64,000 nt of DNA, from assembly GCA_008690995.1 (NCBI GenBank), contig VRMN01000003.1:1922001-1986000 (forward strand). The letters are read 5' to 3'. The notes beneath the pieces were generated by a model. It did no database searches and had not been told where the DNA came from. It saw only the letters and a program-made list of their open reading frames with translations. The position numbers were made by a program, and so were the translations under genes. This DNA is from Porphyridium purpureum. Taxonomy: Eukaryota. Positions 53,729 to 61,327 of the stretch are shown here, piece by piece; the first letter of the stretch is position 1; every line of letters begins with the position of its first letter.

Positions 53729-56700
53729 CTCCTCCTTCCGATCTGAGGGACGCGTAACATAGTCCAACACCTGATATGACCTTCCGGAAACAAAGGTTTT
53801 GTCATCAAGTCGGACACGTTTTCCCCCGTCCTCACATATTCCAATCTCACCAGCTTTTGCTTCTCGCAAACTTGGTGTATCCACGCCAAGTCCGTGGCTC
53901 TGGTCACTGCCATGTGATGCAACTTTGGCGAGTAGCCCATCTTGACCGCACGGAGAACAACTTGACTATCACAAAGCAGGGTCAACGCATAATCACCCTC
54001 CTGCACGCTTCGAAGAAACGACAATGCCGGAAACAGAGACAACTGCACCGCTTCTTCCAGAGCGGCCATCTCAGACTCAGAGGTCGAAGAGCTCACAAAG
54101 CGTTGCCTTCTGGAGCTCCAGTCGACCAGATACTTGTTTCCACCCGCGACCAAGTACGTCACTCGTCCAGACGTCGACTTGCGCGTTTCCGGACATCCAG
54201 CGAAGTCGGCATCAGCATAGCCCAAGACGCTTACGTCACCGACCTTCAATGACGTCATCCGCAAATACTCAAGTGGTTCACGAGGAACCTTCAAGTATTG
54301 CATGACGCGAACCAGGAGTCTCTCAGCTGCGACGTTCCAGCTATCCACGTACCGAGCCACCACTCCAACTGCGTACGAGATATCCGGTCTGACCGTCCTG
54401 GCCAACCACAGCAGCCGCCCAACATGCTCGCGTATTTTCAGATGTCCATGTTCGACTTGAACATCCAATACAGCGTCAGCATTCATCTTCTCACCTGGTG
54501 ATTTCACCGCTCGCAGCACCTGCCCAAGTTCTTCTTCGAATTCCTTCACCACCAAAGCTTGGTAGTGATCATGATCCAACGAAAGCCGTGCCGCCGACTC
54601 CGAGATCGTGAGACCTAGGAACCTCAACGGGGTACCTTCCGAGAGGACTTCTGGCTCCTTCTCAATGAGGAACTCTGACCTCAACTCTCGAAATATCTCA
54701 CCCCGATCCTTCTCGGCACACGCGAGCAGGCCATCATCGACATACAAGGCCAAGAGTGCAACAGATGCACTTCCCGCCATCTTTTTCACGTATACGTTCT
54801 TCTCACCGTGAATCAAGTCCCACCCGAACTTTTGAAGTCTTCTGCGGGCATCCTGGGAAAAGTCAGACCCGCTTCTTGGCAAGCCATAAAGCGCCCTTCT
54901 CAAGCGAACGACAAGTCCATCACCTCCTCCTGGAACGTGACGGGGCAACATGGCAAACGTCGGTGGTCCTGATAAGTCAGCGTGTAAGTACGCCGACGTC
55001 ACATCGAACGACACGATTTTCAATCCCAGGATCGCGGCCAAAGCTATCAACATTCTGATTGCAGACAGGCCCGCGGGCACCTCATAGTCAAACACATCCT
55101 GAGTGACCTTCCCTGAGGCATCCCAAATCCTATTTCCACCAGCAACAAGCCGACACTTGACCTTGCGAAACTCCTCCGGAAGCTCAGCGAACTTCAATCC
55201 GAATATAAAGTGTGTCCGCACAAATCGTGCGCCTGGGACCTTGAGAGCTTCTTCCCTTGAAATAGGTTGCTCATCCCATACCTTGAATCGGATCATCAAG
55301 TCCACTTCTTTTTGCATGGCTTCTCTTCCAGCCGAAGAAGCCAGAGCTTGGCTCGTCTGCAACAAAGTTGTCAAGTTCAATTGCGGTGTTTCTGGAGCAA
55401 CTCCTGCGCGTTGCCTCCAATTTTCCTCCGAGAGGCCCATATTATGAGCCCGGGCTCGCACATCCTTTCCGTTTCTTGAATCGCGGAACACTGCCTTGTA
55501 TTCTTGCAGAGTTCTTTCCCACTTCCCCCAGCCAAAGAGCCGTAAGCCATCCATGATGGCCTGATCCTCTTCCCGGCTCCAAGATACCCTGGGTTTTCGT
55601 TTCCCCCTTCTTCCAACAGGTAGGGGAACATCCTCCTCCAAGTTCCCGGATTCACGCGCCTCGGCCGTATTCGTAGGCAACACCATAGTCTCTTGACTAT
55701 CCGGTTCTTCCTGCCTAGAGTGAAAGTCGATTTCACCCTCACGTGCCGAGACCTCCTCGTCATCCCTTGTTTCCAAAGTCCGCATTGGAAACACTTCAGG
55801 GAACGCCTTGAAGTCCTGAGTGCGAGTCAGCCTCGGTGCCGCACTCGTCCACTCCTCCTGAGGAAGGACCCAGATTGCCAGCGGATGCTCCGCAACTCCA
55901 ACAAGGACTCCAATCTTTCCTCTGGGTGCATACTTGTTCTCAGGTTGATCATTCTTGAACACCACCTTGCATCCAAATGGTACTGCTACCTTCCCCCGCT
56001 TCCATCTCTCACCGTACCTCATTTCATACGGAGACTTCCCAGACCTCTTGTCTGGGTGCAGCCGATTGAACATGAAGACGAAATGCTGAGCGGCATGCAA
56101 AAACCACCGCTTTCCCAGCCCAGACTGCAGGAGATTTGCTCGTACCCCCTGATTCAAAGTATGATGGAAACGTTCCTGTTCAGCGTGGCTATTTGGTCTA
56201 TGTGGGACGCCAATCTCATGCTTCACGAGATTCTCCCGTACCAAATTGCTCACATTTCCCCTGAACTCGTTTCCATCATCTGTCCTCAGTACCTTTGGCC
56301 ATCCTCGCCCGGCTTGCACGCTTGTCCAAGCTTCAGCAACCGCCGTATGCGTTTTGGCTCTCAATCCTGCCAGTGTGGCCCACCTCGTCGCTCTATCGAT
56401 GTGCGTCAGTATGTACTTCGCCCCATCGATGGCTTCCACGTTACGTCCGGGCTCCACCAGGTCGATCCCAACTTCGTCATTGAGCGACAAAGTGGACAAG
56501 TCCTTCTCCAGCCTTCTTGCTGGTTGGCTCTTGATCTTGGCCACAACACACGTCTCACAATCATCCCGCATCGGCATGTGAGTCAACGCATGTTCCATCC
56601 CGGCCATCTTTCCTTCGACCCCTTCACTGGCACTCTCCTCTTCTCCATCGTACGCTTGATTTCCGCTTGACTCGGAAAGAGCGTCCACGACATTCACCAT

Positions 56701-57137
56701 CGCACAATCTTCCACATTTTCAAGTCCCAAGTCCATCGAACCCCTCTGCCAATCAATCCTCGGGTTCACGCGACTCAGCCAGTCCCACCCGAGAATTGCA
56801 TCCATTTGCAGAGGTCCGACATAAAACTTGACCGGCCCTTTCCAGAACCCAAGATCAACATGCTGCAACACCGGGCCATGCACTAAGACACTTTGCCCAC
56901 CCGCAAGCTTGACCATTCCGTTCTCGCGCCCTTCAAATCTGCCGACAAAGCGAGATCCAAGAAAATTGTGCGATGCTCCGCTGTCCACCAGAAATTGGAC
57001 AGACTCGCCATCTAAAGTTCCACGCTTGTAGAGCAACCTCGACGCCGCATCAGCGCGCCAGACCTCACCTACAAAGCCCATCCCGGGAGGTTCCGTTCCC
57101 CTCGAGTGCACCTCCCAACTTCTCCCTCGAGGTTTTA
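53719..57137 (-). CDS. pol: Pol: protease, integrase, Myb domain, RT, RNase H (copia order), reached by -1 frameshift
   Basis: VDSGASHNF; HALTH..CETC; GIDL/TDDGNEF/EQER; KCRLVAGG, DVTSAYL, ALYGLPRSG, YVDD; YADADFAG, ESEMAAL, SDLMTKPL. Confidence 0.93.
53729..53739 (-). other. Polypurine tract
   Basis: GGAAGGAGGAG on the minus strand, directly abutting the 3' LTR. Confidence 0.8.
55438..55599 (-). other. Myb/SANT (TRF-like) domain embedded in pol between integrase and RT
   Basis: RKPRVSWSREEDQAIMDGLRLFGWGKWERTLQEYKAVFRDSRNGKDVRARAHNM. Confidence 0.82.
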
Positions 57138-57144
57138 GTTTTCC
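57085..57144 (-). other. Predicted -1 frameshift signal: G GAA AAC plus H-type pseudoknot
   Basis: Stem 1 CCUCGAG/CUCGAGG, stem 2 GGGAGGU/ACCUCCC, 5-nt spacer; pol is in the -1 frame relative to gag. Confidence 0.8.
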
Positions 57145-58091
57145 GGGCCTCCCGCCAAGTGCCCATTCCGCTTTGGGCAATTGGGTTTGATGTGGCCGCG
57201 CTGCCCGCAATGGTAGCATCTGACTTTGCCCATGTCCGCATGCTTGCGCTTCTCCGGCTGGCGTTTCTCCACGACGCCCAAATCCATTGGCGCCGTCCCG
57301 GCATACGACGAGCTGTTCCGGTAGTTTGGACTCGAGGCGCCATGAAAAGCCTCCCTCATGTCTCCTCCAAACCTACCAACCTGCTCCGCAGCCAACGCCG
57401 CCCTCAGCGACTCTTCCAGCGTCTTCGTGTCCTGACGCGCCACCTCAAGGCGAAGCTTCTCCTTCAGGCCGAGAGTGAAGATGGTGTTGAGCTCGGCATC
57501 TGTCACACTATCCACGGACAGAGCCACCATCCTCAGGCGCTGCTCAAACTCAGCAACAGTCATCTTGCCCTGCTTCAGCTGATACAAGTTCGTTCGAGCA
57601 GTCAGGTATGCCTGCGGCGGCTCAAATGCCGTCCGCACGAAGCTCGCGAACGCATTCCAACCGGACTCGGCCAATGCCATCCTCTGTTCCTCAGGGCGAG
57701 CTGCCCACAACAGCGCGGCATCCTTCTCAAAGAAGCGCGACGCTACGATCACCTTCTGCGACTCCAGCGCTCCAGCTGGCATGCACATGTCCAAGTCTTG
57801 CTTCATCCTCGACAACCACTCGTTCACAACGAGTTTGTCGCGCTGTCCGTCGTATTTTCTCAAGCTGCGTCCAATCAGCGATGCAACGGTCCTTTCCGTT
57901 TCGCCGGGACCAGCTGACACAGATGCCTGATGCATCACATTCTGCAGCATCTCCTGCAAGAGGCGATTTCCCTCCTGCAGCTGCACAATCATCATTTCTT
58001 GTCCTCCGATACGAGCATGAAGCTGGTTGAAAGCTTCAATCCACGACGCGCCGCCCTGCAGGCCCTGCACGTCCATTCCCTCAGAATCCAT
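57135..58091 (-). CDS. gag: Gag, Ty3/gypsy-like
   Basis: AALLW, LYQLKQGKMTVAEF, FTLGL, APMDLG, CYHCGQRGHIKPNC. Confidence 0.9.
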   Translation of the reverse strand: MDSEGMDVQGLQGGASWIEAFNQLHARIGGQEMMIVQLQEGNRLLQEMLQNVMHQASVSAGPGETERTVASLIGRSLRKYDGQRDKLVVNEWLSRMKQDLDMCMPAGALESQKVIVASRFFEKDAALLWAARPEEQRMALAESGWNAFASFVRTAFEPPQAYLTARTNLYQLKQGKMTVAEFEQRLRMVALSVDSVTDAELNTIFTLGLKEKLRLEVARQDTKTLEESLRAALAAEQVGRFGGDMREAFHGASSPNYRNSSSYAGTAPMDLGVVEKRQPEKRKHADMGKVRCYHCGQRGHIKPNCPKRNGHLAGGPEN

Positions 58092-58105
58092 CTTCGCCGA
58101 TGCGA

Positions 58106-58113
58106 TGATACCA
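58106..58113 (-). other. Primer-binding site (tRNA-iMet-like)
   Basis: TGGTATCA directly after the 5' LTR; matches the first 8 nt of the common TGGTATCAGAGC PBS. Confidence 0.7.
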
Positions 58114-58890
58114 CTTTAAATTCTCGCACGCTTGATGATGACAAGCGCACGAGCCCGGATGACACAACCCTTCTCAGATGACCGAACCCCAGCAACACGA
58201 CGCACACAACACAGACGACGAATACCCGGGGCGTGGAAAATCCAACGTATAGGGCCTCTACTATTGCCTTTCGCGTCGGCACAGACAGCACCGGTCTCGA
58301 CAGGGGCAGGGTGTCGTAACGGACAAAGCCGCCGTCTGCCTTCAGTGCTCTAAGAGCACCGAAACCCCCCAGACACGATGTGCTGCTGGCTCTGCTACAC
58401 AGGCTCAGCAAAAGGCCCCACGCCTTCCGACGACCACGCCCAGGCACCCGACACCAAAGAACAAACTCCTCTTTTATTCTCTGTGTCCTACTCCCTTGCC
58501 TCTCCTTCTTCCGCTCTAAAGAAAATCCGGGGAACCGCACAGGCCCGCGCCCATTATATACCCCGCCGTCCTTGCTGTCCTTGACGCGGAAGGGAGAAAT
58601 TATTTCTCCCAAAGGCTGGGCTTTCCTCCGTTCGTTCCACAGAACGAAGCCACAGCCAGCCACGTCAGCAAGCGGCTCAATGGGTGCTGGCCGGCCGCCA
58701 AGCGGCTCCTGCTTCCCTCGGACACGCGACTCCGGCTCCTCGGGGCGAAAGACAACAATGCACAAACCAGAGGTACAGGGTAAAAAACCACGTGGGCGAA
58801 AAAGCCCCTGTACCTCAAACAATTCCGAGACGCCGTACCTCCGGGTGTACACCCAGGGCGTCTCTCGGACCGGAACACTTTTAATCCATG
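58114..58890 (-). repeat. 5' LTR (777 bp) of the atypical element
   Basis: Direct repeat of 52952-53728. Confidence 0.92.
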
Positions 58891-59193
58891 CTCGCTTCCG
58901 CTCTTATCCAGGAACAGTACGGCTCGCGCACCACCCCCCGCCAGATGGCCTTCGAAATGGGTCTCTTTCTTGGGATCCAGTGTACCGCGCGTCTAACAAA
59001 CCAGCGCGGGGAAATCACACACCGCTCCCCGCTCGCAGAGAGATCTGCTGGCGCCTTGAGATCTCATTCTAGGGTTTAGAAAACAGGGGGGTGGGGGGGG
59101 GGGAATAACATCGTTGTTTAAGCTGATGTTTAATATTAATTGACAGATTAAACAAACAAAAATATCAACCGCCCCTTCTCGCCGCAGCCGTGC

Positions 59194-60939
59194 CTAGTAG
59201 CTGCGGCCCCAGAGCGTCCACTTGGTCGCGGGCCGCGCGCACGCAAAGCAGCTGTCGCTCGGGTCGAGCGAGGTGGGCAATCCGAAACGCTCGAGCTCCT
59301 CCTCGAGTGGGATGCAGAGCGTCTTGGCCGCGCCGCTCAGCGCGCGCGCGTCACTGCTCGATTCGGCAGAGTTCTCACTTGACGAAACCGACGCCTCCTT
59401 CGCACCGGAGCGCTTCTTCGCAGACTCCTCGCATTCGCTGTCCGTGCACCACGGCACCAGAATCACGTTCGCCTTCTCCAGACCGCTCGCAAACTCCGCC
59501 CATGTGCGACCGACGGTAATGCGTGACCGGTACTCCTCGAACGCGCCCCGCAACATGGCGTTGTGTATGCCATCGAGCATGCCTGGAATCATAGTCGCAA
59601 GATCGGCCAGCGCGACAGTCGTCTTCTCCTTGTTCAATCGCGTCACGCAAACAAACTGCTCGTTCTGCACGTCGCGGGGCCCGATCTCTATTCTCAGCGG
59701 AACACCTTTCAGCTCCCAGTGATTAAATTTCCATCCGGGGCTCTTGTCCTTGCGATCCTCGACTTTCACACGAATGCCCGCCAATTTCAGGGCACTGACA
59801 ATCTCATCCACCTTTGCCATCACCATATTTGCCTCAGTTTCCGCTACCTTTCCGCCGAGGATGGGAATGATGATTACTTGAATGGGCGCGACACGGGGCG
59901 GAAGCACCAGGCCCGAGTCGTCACCGTGCACCATGCACATCACGCCGAGCGATCGCGTCGTGCAGCCCCAAGAATTCTGCCACACATACTGCTTCTTCCC
60001 CGACCCGTCGTCGAACGAAATGTCAAACATTTTGCCAAAGTTCTGGCCCAAGCAGTGGCTCGTGGCGGCTTGCACTGCGCGACCATTCGGCGGAATAAAC
60101 GCCTCGACCGTGGTTGTGTACAGTCCCCCGGCAAACTTTTCTCCTTCCGACTTGAAGCCGCGAATCACAGGAACCGCCAGCAGGTACTCGTATATTTGTT
60201 GGTAAAGGCTCAAAATTACAAGCACCTCGGCAGCAGCCTCCTCCAGAGTGGCAAACGCGGTGTGCCCCTCCTGCCAGAAAAATTCGCGCGAGCGAATAAA
60301 CGGAGTCGGGTGCTTGAATTCCCATCTCACCACGTTGGTCCACTGGTTCAGCTTGAGCGGCAGGTCTCGGTGCGAGCGAATCCATTTCGCGTACTGAGGG
60401 TACATGATCGTCTCCGAGGTGGGCCGGATTGCGATGGGCTCTTCCAGATCGTGGTTACCGCTCCTTGTCACCCATGCCACTTCGGGTGAGAAGCCCTCGA
60501 CGTGGTCCTTTTCGACACTGAGCCGCGAACTCGAGACAAAAAGCGGGAAGCAAGCATTTTCGACGCCCAGCTTCTTGATCTCGCCGTCAAACCACTCCTT
60601 GACGCTCTCCCACATGGACCACGCCCACGGGCGCAGAATGTAGCAGCCGGCCACATCGTAGTACTCGATCAGCTCCGCCTTGGTCATCAATTGTGTGTAC
60701 CACAGTGCAAAATCCTGCAGCTTCTTCACCTCCATTCCATCTCGATTCCCCTGCTTCTGCAGATCGCTTCCTTTAGCACCTTGGTTCACTGCGACCGGCG
60801 CCTTCTTTTCCTTCGGCTTCTTTTCCTTCTTCTCCTTGGTACTTCCAGTCTCTCCCGCCACTACCGCGCTCGCCTCGCTCAATCCATTGTCACTCTGCAT
60901 CTGCACCTTCTCCATGAACTCATCCTCCATTTCCTCCAC
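59194..60939 (-). CDS. Prolyl-tRNA synthetase, eukaryote/archaeal type (cytosolic)
   Basis: IRPTSETIMY, VVRWEFK..PFIRSREFFWQEGHT, QAATSHCLGQNF, C-terminal GRSY. Confidence 0.96.
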   Translation of the reverse strand: MEEMEDEFMEKVQMQSDNGLSEASAVVAGETGSTKEKKEKKPKEKKAPVAVNQGAKGSDLQKQGNRDGMEVKKLQDFALWYTQLMTKAELIEYYDVAGCYILRPWAWSMWESVKEWFDGEIKKLGVENACFPLFVSSSRLSVEKDHVEGFSPEVAWVTRSGNHDLEEPIAIRPTSETIMYPQYAKWIRSHRDLPLKLNQWTNVVRWEFKHPTPFIRSREFFWQEGHTAFATLEEAAAEVLVILSLYQQIYEYLLAVPVIRGFKSEGEKFAGGLYTTTVEAFIPPNGRAVQAATSHCLGQNFGKMFDISFDDGSGKKQYVWQNSWGCTTRSLGVMCMVHGDDSGLVLPPRVAPIQVIIIPILGGKVAETEANMVMAKVDEIVSALKLAGIRVKVEDRKDKSPGWKFNHWELKGVPLRIEIGPRDVQNEQFVCVTRLNKEKTTVALADLATMIPGMLDGIHNAMLRGAFEEYRSRITVGRTWAEFASGLEKANVILVPWCTDSECEESAKKRSGAKEASVSSSENSAESSSDARALSGAAKTLCIPLEEELERFGLPTSLDPSDSCFACARPATKWTLWGRSY

Positions 60940-61327
60940 CTCCTACCTTCCGAGCTTCCGATGCCGAGCTCCAGCAACCCAACACCCAACCCACACAAAT
61001 CCTTCTCCTCTCGTCTCTCCCGTTCTTCTCACGCTTCGTGTCTTTACCGCGCGCTCTCGCTCGCACCATCGCCGCCACCGCCACTGCCGCTCAAGAAAGA
61101 AGGCTTGCAATTTCACATTTCATTCCAAGCACACCATGCCTATAAAATCGCCCCAATTTACTATAAAATCGGAATGCCAACTAACCCATCTTTGCGCGGG
61201 GTGACCTGCTCGTGTGGTGGTGCTGACGGATTGCCGCTTGAGCTCGTCCTCAGCACTTGCCACGGCATAAGGGCACGTGTTTCGCCCGAGTGGGTGCGCT
61301 GCGCAGCACCGATCGAAACTCTTCATG

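Larger units (their letters stand above)
52952..58890 (-). mobile_element. Full-length atypical LTR retrotransposon (5939 bp): gypsy-like Gag/PR, copia-order IN-[Myb]-RT-RH
   Basis: 777-bp direct repeats, 5-bp TSD CTCGC (52947-51 and 58891-95), PBS, PPT, intact gag and pol. Confidence 0.93.

Noticed and set aside
52941..53757. Long ORFs on both strands of the second element's LTRs
   Set aside because: No domain-like features; they cross element boundaries and are probably incidental
59070..59077. Telo-box-like TAGGGTTT ~180 bp from the Myb-bearing element (another at ~11640)
   Set aside because: About two hits of an 8-mer are expected by chance on both strands of 64 kb, so this is not evidence of targeting
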